Assembly (NCBI GenBank): GCA_030390025.1
Contig: CM059431.1
Location: 95,048,001-95,112,000 of the forward strand
Length of the DNA stretch: 64,000 nucleotides
DNA from: Squalus acanthias
Lineage: Eukaryota
Direction: 5' to 3'
Shown: positions 27,037-38,359 of the stretch, piece by piece
How the letters are laid out: the number at the start of each line of letters is the position of its first letter
How positions within the stretch are numbered: the first letter of the stretch is position 1
Notes under the pieces: model-generated
Databases searched by the model: none
Seen by the model: only the letters and a program-made list of their open reading frames with translations
Told to the model about the DNA's origin: nothing
Position numbers and translations under genes: made by a program

Positions 27037-27331
27037 GAGGTGTGCCAAAATGCTGGTCATTTTTTTATTAAAGGCCGAGGTTCATGGTCCAACTTTTGTT
27101 TAGTGTTTTGGACATTATCTCCAGGTTGTGAGAACCAGTTATGTTATTGACTGTTTTTTTTGTGTTTATTTCTATGAGTTTGTCATGAGGAATTGACACA
27201 CACAGAGTTTGTAAAATAAATAAGTTTCTGTTTTCAAAATATACATGGCTGGTGGTTGGAATTATTGGTGCCTTGGCCGGCTTAGGGGTTGCGTGCTGGG
27301 TTGATTAGTGTTTGTAGCAATGGCAGGGGCC

Positions 27332-28492
27332 CTAGAAGCGGCTTGCTATTAGTCGTTGACGGACGGCCCTTGCAGTTTGACCATTGTGGGCCGCCCTCCT
27401 GCCTTGGTGCTGCTGATGATCATCGTCCTCGTCCTCTTCCTCCTCTTCCTCCTCCTCCTCTGGTGGTGCTACAAGGCCTGGTGGCATTGGCTGGGTCCTG
27501 AGGATTGCCATGTTGTGCAACATGCAGCACACAACTACGAAGTTCGAAACTTGCTCAGGCGAGTACTGCAGGGCTCCTCCGGAATGGTCCAAACAGCGGA
27601 ACCGTTGTTTCAGCACGCCGATTGTGTGCTCAATAATGTTCCTGGTTGCTTGATGGCTTTCATTGTACCGCAGCTCAGCAGGGGTGTTTGGCGTACGGAG
27701 CGGTGTCATCAGCCAGGTGCTCAATGCGTACCCCTTGTCCCCCAGAAGCCAACCAACTGGCTGATGCGGTGCCTCGAAAACTTCTGCCACAGTAGTCTGG
27801 CGCAGGATGAAAGCATCGTGGCAGCTGCCCGGATAGTGGGCATTGACAGCGAGTATCACCTGTCTGTGGTCACAGACCAACTGCACATTCAAGGAATGGA
27901 ACCCCTTTCTGTTCCTGAATTCCTCTGCATTCTCTCGCGGAGCACGCAAAGCCACATGCGTGCAGTCAATGGCGCCCTGCACCATGGGGAAGCCCGCTAC
28001 CCTTGCAAAGCCCAGAGCACGGTCACGCTGCTTGTCTGGGGTCATAGAGAAAGAGATGAAGTCTCGTCTCCTTCTGAAGAGGGCATTGGTGACCTGCCGG
28101 ATGCAGCGATGCACCGCAAACTGGGAGATATTGGCGAGGTCCCCAACAGCAGCTTGGAATGAGCCAGTGGCGTAGAAGTTCAAAGCCACTGTGACCTTCA
28201 CTGCCACCGACAGAGACGTCCTGGACCTCAGCTGAGGCTGCAGATCTGGCTGCAGCAGGTGGCAGAGCTCAGTGACCACCTCCTTGCTGAATCGCAGCCT
28301 CCGCAAACACAGCTCCTCGGACATATGGATGTAGGAGAGCTGTTCACGATATACCCTGGGAGGGTAAGCTCTCCTGTACATGCGCCTGATGGCCCTCCTC
28401 CGTCTGGCCATCATTGCCACTCTCTGTCTGCGTCTCTGTATCCTCCGATTCAGCTGGAGCAGGACGACGCCCCCAATCATTGCAGCCCCCAT
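27332..28492 (-). CDS. Harbinger (HARBI1-like, DDE_Tnp_4 type) transposase, 386 aa, uninterrupted
   Basis: Catalytic triad contexts GAIDCTH, LLGDKGY and RNIIEHTIG; HTH region ATGSFQ..SQFAVHRCIRQV; NRKGFHSLNVQLVCD; PGSCHDAFIL; acidic C-terminal tail. First ATG is at 28492 (the ORF track starts at a TTG). Confidence 0.93.
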   Translation of the reverse strand: MGAAMIGGVVLLQLNRRIQRRRQRVAMMARRRRAIRRMYRRAYPPRVYREQLSYIHMSEELCLRRLRFSKEVVTELCHLLQPDLQPQLRSRTSLSVAVKVTVALNFYATGSFQAAVGDLANISQFAVHRCIRQVTNALFRRRRDFISFSMTPDKQRDRALGFARVAGFPMVQGAIDCTHVALRAPRENAEEFRNRKGFHSLNVQLVCDHRQVILAVNAHYPGSCHDAFILRQTTVAEVFEAPHQPVGWLLGDKGYALSTWLMTPLRTPNTPAELRYNESHQATRNIIEHTIGVLKQRFRCLDHSGGALQYSPEQVSNFVVVCCMLHNMAILRTQPMPPGLVAPPEEEEEEEEEDEDDDHQQHQGRRAAHNGQTARAVRQRLIASRF

Positions 28493-28686
28493 ATTCTCTT
28501 TGCCAGAAAAGTAATGAGGTACAGCAACTAAAGTAGCAACAAAGTTAGGATGAATAGGCAAAACTACCTCACAAAGCGTTGAGTCAATGTAGAAGTCTCT
28601 CTCTCTCTCTCCCCGAATCTCTCTCTCTCTCTCAGAACGAGTGGTGCATAAATGTCGACCACAGAAAAAGACAGGAAGAGGCCCCC

Positions 28687-28831
28687 TTTAAATAGCACCC
28701 CCCCCAGCCCCACACCGATTGATAACGTTCCAGTCTTCCGGTCGTTGGAAGCGCCAGGCGGTAAGGCAGGGGGCGCCACTCAATTTCCGCTACGGGGCGC
28801 CCCAAGGGCGTTGCACCATGGAATGACGTCA
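28687..28831 (-). promoter_or_regulatory. Candidate transposase promoter (TATTTAAA box and palindromic TGACGTCA CRE site)
   Basis: Minus-strand GCTATTTAAAGGGG at ~28683-28696 and TGACGTCA at 28824-28831; TATTTAAAGGG also precedes the genes in the degraded copies (~13033, ~14184). Confidence 0.5.
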
Positions 28832-30168
28832 CAATCTGCGCGCGCAGGTGGTCGCAGCGGTAAGTTTTAGCGCCGCCGCACAATCTCAAGTTAAGTTCTC
28901 GAGCGGCGCAAACAGCGCTGTGCCGGGGCGTTAGCGGCTTAACGCCCCATTAGCGCCCTCTTAAGGCGCTAACGGGAGGCGCAACCAAGTGAATTTTTAC
29001 CCCATAGAGATTTCTTTAGCTTGCAAGTGTTCAGAGCCAACTGTATATCCAGTGGCACCTCATTGGAACAACCTCTCTCACCATTGACAGAACGCTTCTG
29101 TCATCTCAACTGCAGCTGCCATCTGTTCCAGCAACACCGGCCCTTGGAAAAATCATACCTTCGTCCCCTGAATCCTTCCCGATCAGCCCCAACACCAACA
29201 TCACCAGGCACACCAACATCGCCAACAACATCACCAACAACATCACCAACAACAACACCAACCTTTCTGCCATCACCTGATGCTGCACAGGACAAAAGGC
29301 CTTAAGCAACTGATAACATTGCTGCCCGGGAGGCCAGCGATGGCATCACCATGGCCAGATTTACTTCACTTGATGCTGTACACCCTGGCAGCCACATGAT
29401 GCGCCAGGTTGACACCATCCCACACCAGCACCATAAAGCATCGTTATAATGTCCATGCCATTCCTTTCACACTCATCACAATAGCGGGGCCGCGGTGGGG
29501 GGGGGAGGGGGGGGCGCAAGTTATGTCTCAACATTCACTGGAACTCACTAAGACACTTCTCAAGGTGCGCTCAGATCTGTCCAATAAAGTGAAGTGTTGA
29601 AAATATAGCTTTCAATGTATGACAACATATTAACAAAAAACTTCACATGAACATTGGCTAAACCTCTCAAGTGCCTACCCTTGTGTGTTGTTAGTTGGTA
29701 TGAATGGATTAGGATGAGGGTGAGTGTGAGGGGTGGCTAGTGAGATGGGGAAGTGATAATGTAGATAGAGAGGGATGGGTGGAGGTGCAAGGTAAGTTGG
29801 TGTGAGTAAAGATGTGCAGGAGTAGGGTATGGAAGGCAGAGTGAGGGGGATGTGATGAGAGGCACAGCAGGATGAAGTTGTGTGTGGCTTTGCAGTAACG
29901 TTTTGTGATCTACTGAGATATTGAGAGGTTGGTGCCACTGCAGCCAGGGACTCCTGACGACATCCCTGCTTGTGCCCTCCTGTGCAATGTGCAACCAGAC
30001 TGCATTGATCTCCTGGGGAGGTCTCTTCCGCCCATGGGAAGGGAAGAGAATCTCCCTGCGTGCTGTGACTCCCTCCATAAGCATATGGAGGGAGTCATGC
30101 TTGAGCCTGGGTGCAGACGTGCACCTCTATGCAGTGCTTGTCAGTGTTTGCAGCACCTCAATGCTGTA

Positions 30169-31240
30169 GAACATAAGAACATAAGAAATAGGAGCAGGAG
30201 TAGGCCAATCGGCCCCTCGAGCCTGCTCCGCCATTCAATAAGATCATGGCTGATCTGATCCTAACCTCAAATCTAAAGAACACAAGAAGTAGGAGCAGGA
30301 CCCGGCCACTCAGCCCCTGGGCCCGCTCCGCCACCCACAGGGCCTTGACCGATCCGAACTCAGCCTCATGTCCAATTTCCTGCCCGCTCCCCGTAACCCC
30401 TAATTCCCTTTACTTCTAGGAAACTGTCTATTTCTGTTTTAAATTTATTTAATGATGTAGCTTCCACAGCTTCCTGGGGCAGCAAATTCCACAGACCTAC
30501 TACCCTCTGAGTGAAGAAGTTTCTCCTCATCTCAGTTTTGAAAGAGCAGCCCCTTATTCTAAGGTTATGCCCCCTAGTTCTAGTTTCACCCATCCTTGGG
30601 AACATCCTTACCGCATCCACCCGATCAAGCCCCTTCACAATCTTATATGTTTCAATAAGATCGCCTCTCATTCTTCTGAACTCCAATGAGTAGAGTCCCA
30701 ATCTACTCAACCTCTCCTCATATGTCCACCCCCTCATCCCCGGGATTAACCGAGTGAACCTTCTTTGTACTGCCTCGAGAGCAAGTATGTCTTTTCTTAA
30801 GTATGGACACCAAAACTGTATGCAGTATTCCAGGTGTGGTCTCACCAATACCTTATATAACTGCAGCAATACCTCCCTGTTTTTATAATCTATCCCCCTA
30901 GCAATAAAAGCCAACATTCCGTTGGCCTTCTTGATCACCTGCTGCACCTGCATACTAACTTTTTGATTTTCTTGCACTAGGACCCCCAGATCCCTTTGTA
31001 CTGCAGTACTTTCCAGTTTCTCGCCATTAAGATAATAACTTGCTCTCTGATTTTTCCTGCCAAAGTACATAAACTCACATTTTCCAATATTGTATTGCAT
31101 CTGCCAAATCTCCGCCCACTCACCCAGCCTGTCTATATCCCCTTGTAGGTTTTTTATGTCCTCCTCACTTTCTACTTTCCCTCCCATCTTTGTATCATCT
31201 GCAAACTTTGATATGTTACACTCGGTCCCCTCCTCTAAAT
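30169..31240 (-). mobile_element. 5'-truncated CR1 with an open RT C-terminal frame and a doubled 3'UTR
   Basis: ORF 30366-31259 KFADDTK...WNLLP; (TATGTTCT)n tail at 30169-30188. Confidence 0.92.
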
Positions 31241-31450
31241 CTGAACACTGACAGCACAACTGTCAAAATCAATCTGGCTGTGGTCCCTTTAAGCATGTCA
31301 TCAAATTACGTCATCGGACCCGCTTCCTGTTAATTGGCCAGGAACCCCGCAGGGTGGGCTTAACAAGGCCAGTCTACAGAAAATCATTTTCAGGGAGCGG
31401 CTGCAGACGGGAGCGGGACTGGAACCCGCCAACCAGCTCTCCCGCCGCCA

Positions 31451-31865
31451 TCTATTTATACAGCCAAGGATCCTGTATACTTTTTTAACAGCTTTATCAA
31501 CTTCTTCTTCCACCTTCAAAGATTTGTGTATGTGAACCCCCATGTCTCTCTGTTCCTGCACCCCCTTTAAAATGGTACCATTTAGTTTATATTGCATCTC
31601 CTCATTTTTCCTTCCAAATGCATCATTTCACATTTCTCTGCAGTAAATGTAATTTGCCCTGTGTCTGCCCATTTCACCAGTCTGTTTATGTCCTTTTGAA
31701 GTCTGCTACTATCCCCCTCACTGTTTACTACATTTCCAAGTTTTGTGTCATCCACAAACTTTGAAATTATGCCTTGTCTACCCAAGTCCAGGTCGTTAAT
31801 ATATATCAAAAAGAGCAGTGGTGGCTAATACCGACCACTCTATACTTCCCTCCAGTCTGAAAAAC
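31451..31865 (-). mobile_element. CR1 RT fragment (5' half of the CR1 at 23760-24360)
   Basis: IYINDLDLG..SKFVDDTKLG..LVKWAD and EQRDMGVHIHKSLKV motifs. Confidence 0.82.
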
Positions 31866-34067
31866 AATTATTCTCCCATTTCTTCTACTTCATACAAAAT
31901 GAATGGTCCATCTATTCACTGGGTCAGATAGAATAGGGCCGATGTCCTATGCTATCACTACCATCAGGCATCATAAAAGCACCAACAATTGCAACGTGAC
32001 AGCAAACAGATTATCTGCTGACATTCAGAATTTTGGCAGACCGTGTTTGGTTTGGTTAACCGTGTACTTGCACTTGAGCCAATGTATTATTAGTGATTAA
32101 AGGGCACTATTTGTCACCTCTAAATCCCGCAGGATATGTTGAACATCTTAAAGGTAGATATCTGGCAAGTGCATTTATCATGAAGTAACGAAAGGAACAA
32201 AAAGATAAAGATTTGTAAATAAAGTACCACACAATTACTGCAAAATTAAGTACTTTTTATTTTGAAAACGAATGATTCATTGATTCAAATTCAATGCCAT
32301 AACATGACTAAAAAGCACACTTAAGGGCTCAATTTGTGAACCTTTGGTTATCAGTAGCATAAGTTGTAAAACTTCAATTGAAATTTTTATGGTGCCTTTT
32401 ATTTGGAGCATAAAATTAATGCATGTTTTAAGCTTTTTTAATTACAGAGCTGAGATGTATTATGTGGTCTAATGTATTTTACTCTTATATAATCCTTCTC
32501 TTAATGAGCTAAACTTCCAACCAACTAGTGATAAATCAATTTTAAAATAAGACCAGTTGTTAGTAGACAAAAAGAGGTATTAAAATATTAATGTAAAGAG
32601 TTTAGTACCCTCAGAACTCAATTGCGAATTTTAGTCTTTGCAATTTGATGAATTTTATCGGTGCAGTGAATCTAGCGGTGCCGATACTGGGAAGCTATGA
32701 TTTTGGTTTTTTTTAATTTGTAGACACCTGCACTTATACAATTCATCTGTATGTACGTTCCTTAATTTTCTTCGTCTGTCACATTGCTTTTCTATATTAC
32801 AGACTTTGTAAGCACCAGACTTACTTTCCAAATCAGACTAAACATACAATCATGAAGCAGTTTATTGAAGACTGGATTAACAATCAAAATTGTGATTTCT
32901 CAGAACTTCTTAGTCACGTCTTTTCAAGTTAAGCACTTCGCTGTTCTGCATATCTATCCTTGTTACTCCTTTGGCTAGTCTACTGCACATGGGAGCTCAG
33001 CCCCATTACATCTGCTGGACTCCGGTATCAATCTCCATCCTTTCACTTTTATTCAGCCGCCTTTATTCGTTTTTTTTTAGAACCATCCATATGTAATGTA
33101 TTATTGTTGCACATGGATTACATGTTAAAAATGGTCTGCACATCTTTCTATTTACTGGCTGTGGCAGTTTCACCATGGAGGTCCTGATCTCCGCCAGTTT
33201 GATATAAAGATGCACCACTACCAGCACCGACTCGCATCTATATCTAATCAAAGGTTGGGATTTCATGCTACTGCAAAACTACGATGGGTGACGATATCCT
33301 CATACTCCGTGATATTAGGGCATCAAAGTTTGAATGATTTTAGATCAGTGTTCAGTACCCTAATATATAATGACATGTTGTAACTTTAAAGCTCCAGTAT
33401 TTCGAGTATTATGGACAAAAGAGTTAAACTGACTGGTCAAATACCTATTAATTACGTTTAAACATTAACACTACGCATAAACAAAGCCACTGATGGTGAC
33501 AAAATTTGATGCAGAAAAATATACACAAGAGCAATCAACCCATTTTGGAAAACCCGGCACAAACCTATTCAACATCTTTTAAAGCAAGTTAGGTTTATAC
33601 TTTTTAAAATATTTTACAGATTAGGAACTAAAAAAATGGCAGTTACACGGACATCTCTTCCTATACCAGTATATGAGCGGTCAGTGCCAGATTGGGCTTT
33701 TGATTCCTGTGTTTTCTCGTATAGATTATCGTTGCCCATCAAACATTTACGACCTGGAGTTTCCTCCTTGGGAGCAACCCGAAAATCTTAATTTCAATTT
33801 ATTGAACCGGCATTCATGCACAGCGTTTAGGAACCTGCCATCGGGGAAGCATTTCCATTTTATGGTGAAAATACTTATGCCATAAAATCCCATTCAAAGA
33901 AGCAGGATATACAGAGCAGGATACATTTTTCTTTAAACTCAGAAAATTGCACATTTCTTTTCTGCTACGCCTGAAACTTTGGTCCGAATGTTAAGAGACC
34001 ACCCCCACCGGAAAAAAACATGCAATTGGAGGATACTCACATTTGAGAGTTGGATGGGTGGTCAGTG

Positions 34068-34071
34068 TTGT

Positions 34072-34102
<31 letters not shown>

Positions 34103-34103
34103 G
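34068..34103. repeat. (TG)n microsatellite followed by a G run, in the presumed GJA8 3'UTR
   Basis: Directly visible. Confidence 0.9.
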
Positions 34104-34637
34104 TGACATTTGTTTAGATGAAGAGTTTAATGGACGCACCTAAAAGATCGACGAGACCTGGGGATATTGCAGTTACAAAAGTAACTCACTTACGCCAAAA
34201 ATTCCGTGATCTTTTAAGCCACATAATTGGTTTGCGTCCAGGTTACACGTCGCTCTGGGCATAAATGCAGAGGAAACTCCAGGCCTAAATACATAAATAA
34301 GGATTAAGGTATGGTTAATTCACACGGTAGCAGATTTGTTTTATATTAAATAATGGAGGTACATAAAAATATTGGGGCCCTATAGTTTCTTATAAATGTT
34401 TTAATGTGTAACTGTTGTGATGGCATAACGTAAATGCTAAGGGAAGGAGCAGGAAAGGTTGAATATAGAATTACTTTATTTTAAAGTTCATCGAATATAT
34501 ATTGCAAAGTGCCAATGTTATCTGTTACCAAGGCTTTCCAAAGTACCCCATACCTGGTATCAGTTTTCCCCTTTAGTTTTGGTACTCAGAGGCTTTTACA
34601 TTTAAATTTCTCCAATATTTTCTCTGATATTATTATA

Positions 34638-35831
34638 TCATACAGTTAAATCGTCAGACCGAGCTCTACTGCTCGCTTTGCTTAACCTGCTCAATGGTCT
34701 TGTGTCCGCTAAGCTCTCGCTAGTTCCTGCCGGTGGCTCTGGCTCTGTCTTTTCGCCCTCTTCTTCTGGTTCTGCCAATGGTACAGGTTCTGATTCTGGC
34801 ACCAGTTCTGCTTCTGCTTGTGGTTCTGGTTCTGCCTGTTGTTCTGGTTCGGGATCTTCTTGCTGCTCGTAGGATAGCAACGTCTCGTTGTAGACTTTAA
34901 CCAGATCTTCCACCGGACCAACACTCTTAGTTTTCTCTTGGTAGCTGATGAAAGGAGGTGGGCTCACATTTACCCCAACCTCTGTCATTGGGAAGAAATG
35001 GGTCACTGGTTTGTCTTCTTCCAGGAGTTTGTAGCCTTTGGATTTCTGCACGGAGGGCACGCTGATGGAATGAAATGGCTTCTGCGAAGGATAGTCTACA
35101 TGCTGTTGGGCTGGCTCCCTAAAAGCAAACCTGATTTTTTTCCAGCCCAGGTGGCTTATCTCTATGAAATTCAGGAAGAGAGACACTGAAGCCACAGCTA
35201 GCATGAAAATGACAAAAACTGTCTTCTCAGTTGGCCTGGAGACAAAGCAATCAACTATATTGGGACAAGGCCATCTACCGCAGCGATACAATGGCAAGAT
35301 ACGGAATCCATAGAGAAAATATTGACCAACCACAAAACCAACTTCAAAAATTGTTTTGAAAATGATGTGGCAGATGTAGGTTCTCAGCAACGTGCCTTCC
35401 AGGCGGAACTTCTTGTTTGTCTTACTGGACTCTTTAATACCGTCATCTGGTGCTAAAGGCAGCCTCTCCTCGTTCATCTCTTGTTGTCTATTCATGTCTT
35501 CCTCCCTCTCTTTTCTCTTTTCCTCCATCCTTACGTGATGAACCGCATGGCCAACGTAGACCAAGGATGGTGTGGAGACGAAGATGATCTGGAGGACCCA
35601 CAGTCTTATGTGGGAGATGGGAAAAGCTTCGTCGTAGCAGACATTCTCGCAACCTGGCTGTTGGGTATTGCAAACAAAATCTGACTGTTCATCTCCCCAC
35701 ACGAACTCGGCAGCCGTGCCAAGAATTAGGATTCGAAAAATAAAGAGCACTGTCAACCACACTCTCCCTATCACAGTGGAATGCTCATTAACTTCCTCCA
35801 AAATGTTTCCCAGGAAACTCCAATCACCCAT
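34638..35831 (-). CDS. GJA8: Gap junction alpha-8 protein (connexin 50), 397 aa, single coding exon
   Basis: N-terminus [76 protein letters not shown]; extracellular-loop cysteines (C-x6-C-x3-C and C-x4-C-x5-C); C-terminus [17 protein letters not shown] typical of Cx50. ATG at 35831 (the ORF track starts at an upstream GTG). Confidence 0.97.
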   Translation of the reverse strand: MGDWSFLGNILEEVNEHSTVIGRVWLTVLFIFRILILGTAAEFVWGDEQSDFVCNTQQPGCENVCYDEAFPISHIRLWVLQIIFVSTPSLVYVGHAVHHVRMEEKRKEREEDMNRQQEMNEERLPLAPDDGIKESSKTNKKFRLEGTLLRTYICHIIFKTIFEVGFVVGQYFLYGFRILPLYRCGRWPCPNIVDCFVSRPTEKTVFVIFMLAVASVSLFLNFIEISHLGWKKIRFAFREPAQQHVDYPSQKPFHSISVPSVQKSKGYKLLEEDKPVTHFFPMTEVGVNVSPPPFISYQEKTKSVGPVEDLVKVYNETLLSYEQQEDPEPEQQAEPEPQAEAELVPESEPVPLAEPEEEGEKTEPEPPAGTSESLADTRPLSRLSKASSRARSDDLTV

Positions 35832-35845
35832 TTTCACGGATGTAC

Positions 35846-35861
35846 CTGTTTAAAAGAAAAT
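35846..35861 (-). promoter_or_regulatory. GJA8: Splice acceptor of the GJA8 5'UTR intron
   Basis: Minus strand reads TTTTCTTTTAAACAG|GTACATCCGTGAAAATG: polypyrimidine tract and AG 14 nt upstream of the ATG, the usual connexin layout (non-coding exon 1 plus coding exon 2). Confidence 0.75.
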
Positions 35862-37314
35862 AATACGTTTGGCTTGAACTGATGAGAATGTTAGTTTACT
35901 TTTCCTTCAGTGAAATGTGACTCCAAAGGATGCAACGGTCAATTTATCTCGCAAAAAAATGTCATTTCCAACTTTTTACAATCAAGTTTCTGTGCTTCTA
36001 TGCCTTGCCCGTCTAATTAAGCATATTTTTTCTAAACAAGATAAACTATTTCCAGGATCCCAATATTTCCTTTATCCAAAGAAAACCACGAAACAAATCC
36101 TGAGCAAATCGGTTATCCCCTTAAAAAAAAGCTACATCTGGAAGCATAACATTTCCCACTCAAACAACTATTAAAATATAACTTTAACATCATTAATTTG
36201 GCAACTTGCCGAGGTAAAACAACGCGTTATTCCGTCTCGCTCCTTTTTGGCACCCTTCAACACAGTTTGGGTGGACACGTTGATACCTAAAGCGTGCCTC
36301 ACGGCTGAACAGATCGGAAACGATAGAGTATGAGCATTAGATTTTTAGTTTGCAGCAATATTTAAGCTGTATCCAGACAACAGACGACGTGTAGTGACGC
36401 GAGGAACAATAGTGCGCATGATCTATGGGAGGCATGTTGGATAACATTTATAGCATGTATGCCCAGCTACACTCGAATCACACGTTTTCAAAATTCAAAT
36501 AGTAAAGGCTCAATATTAATCTGTCAAATGATACAAGTTAACACATTGTACGCATAAATTTACTGGCATGGACATTTTATTTAAATATAGACATAATTAA
36601 TTTTAGAATATTTAAGCAGTTGCACAACATTAAAAACACAAGTGAATATTCTGATTTTTTGAAATCTTTATCAAAAATGTTACGCGACTACAATATCGCA
36701 AATGTTTGGCGTATCTGCCTGTGGTTTGAAATAGTTTCAAAGTTCCCATGCACAGTCCATAGTTCTCTCATTTGCTCTGTGGATGCAGTGCAGTAATCCT
36801 GGACGCTTTTGACCATTCTTATAACTAACTTTACCAAGTACTTACAAAAATGCTTTCCTCGCTATCACACCAGACGTCGTGTTCAAGTTTATTAAAGCGA
36901 ATCAAATCAATAAGATATGCACTAAAATAAAGAGACGACTGAATTTCAGTGAAATGAGTTTGCAGACAACCTTCAATATAAGGCAGCTAAACCACTAATT
37001 ACTCTGAAAGGAACCAAAGAGAATCTGGTTAATAATTTGCACATATCAGCATATTGCCAGAAATGCATGTATGTGCATTCAACTGAATCCTGAACTTTAC
37101 ATGAATGATAGGCACTGAGGAAGCTGGCAGACATCTGAAGTTTTTGGTGATAAACCTGCTGATAGCATTTGGTATTAAATTGGAGCTGTCATAATCGACA
37201 ACGAGCGACAAAGCATCATTAACCTCACGAGCAGCAGTCTGTAACCTTTCAATAATGCCCTTGTCCCAGCTCCCAACAGTCAAACTATGTGAAAATAATT
37301 TAATAGATTACTTA

Positions 37315-37670
37315 CAGAACCAGATAGGAACAGGAGTAGGTCATTTAGCCCCTAGAGCCTGTTCCACCATTCAATGAGATCATGGCTGATCTGTGACCTA
37401 ACTCCATATATCCTATGATTCTATGATTCTATACCCGCCTTTGTCCCAAATCCCTTAATACCTTTGGTTAACAAAAATCTATCATTCTCAGATTTAAAAT
37501 TAACAATTGATCTAGCATCAATTGCCATTTGTGGAAGAGAGTTCCAAACTTTTACCACTCTTTGTGTGTAGAAGTGTTTCCTAATTTCACTCCTGAAAGG
37601 TCTGGCCCTAATTTTTAGACTATGCCCCCTAGTCCTAGAATCCCCAACCAGCGGAAATAGTTTCTCTCTC
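37315..37670 (-). mobile_element. CR1 3'-end fragment
   Basis: Reverse complement of the RTRGHSL..YTQRVVKVWNSLP region and of the CR1 3'UTR motif. Confidence 0.75.
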
Positions 37671-38359
37671 TAGATGCAATGCTGTAAACAACAAACAAAC
37701 AAGAAAAGCACCTCTAACATAATGGCAACATCATACATTTGTAACCAGGAGCTGTAACCCAGCAGCTCTAGTTCTCCCTCCTCATATAAATTGTTAGCAG
37801 AGACCGACGATGCTACAATAAGCACCTGTCTTAAAAGGGATTTATTGAGGCGGTTGTCACTTGAAAATTATGTTGATTTCTTAAACCAAACATTGGCACA
37901 ATTAAAGTATAAAAAGCCAGTACAGCAACATTTCTACTTGTATCACTCTAGGAACATCTGTTATAGATATATATATAACAGGGCTGTTCAAGCTACTTGT
38001 CCCAGAGGGTCACTTAGGATGGGTAACTTTATCACAGTTGGTAGCAGTTTCAGTTTTGCACTGATGCTGAACTTGTGTAGTGAAAATTGGGTGTTCAGCC
38101 CAAAGTGAATTGGAAACCAAGTAGTGGGATTTTCTCCTCCAGGGATTCTCACTTTGCTTCAGTTCCAATTCAGGTCGGGCTCTGACTCTGGATTCAGGTT
38201 GTATTTGTACTGTAACTGCACTGTTGGTGCAAAGCAAAACCATTGTGCACTGAAGTCTACATTTGTAATGCACATGTATCCTAATTTGCATACCATGGAG
38301 CCCCACAGGTCTCACAAAGAATTACAATACAAAACACCCAATTTAAGGAATAGATATAT

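Larger units (their letters stand above)
24749..29003. mobile_element. Structurally complete PIF/Harbinger DNA transposon (4255 bp)
   Basis: TIRs GGGGTAGAAATT (24749-24760) and AATTTTTACCCC (28992-29003), 11/12 match; ATA TSD (24746-24748, 29004-29006); convergent Myb/SANT and DDE transposase genes. Confidence 0.95.
24365..31450 (+). mobile_element. Non-autonomous Harbinger-derived host element split by two later insertions (24749-29003 and 30169-31240)
   Basis: Terminus ATA|GGGCTGAATTTT; colinear with 3885-5599; transposase C-terminal relic AREASDGITMARF at ~29324-29365; Myb exon relic on minus at ~29930-30130. Confidence 0.8.

Noticed and set aside
27356..28162. 268-aa ORF antisense to the transposase
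   Set aside because: Shadow ORF of a GC-rich coding strand with no recognisable motifs.
27332..28561. Domesticated host gene HARBI1
   Set aside because: It lies between TIRs with a TSD and a Myb partner, is nested in other repeats and has decayed paralogs nearby, so it is a transposon gene.
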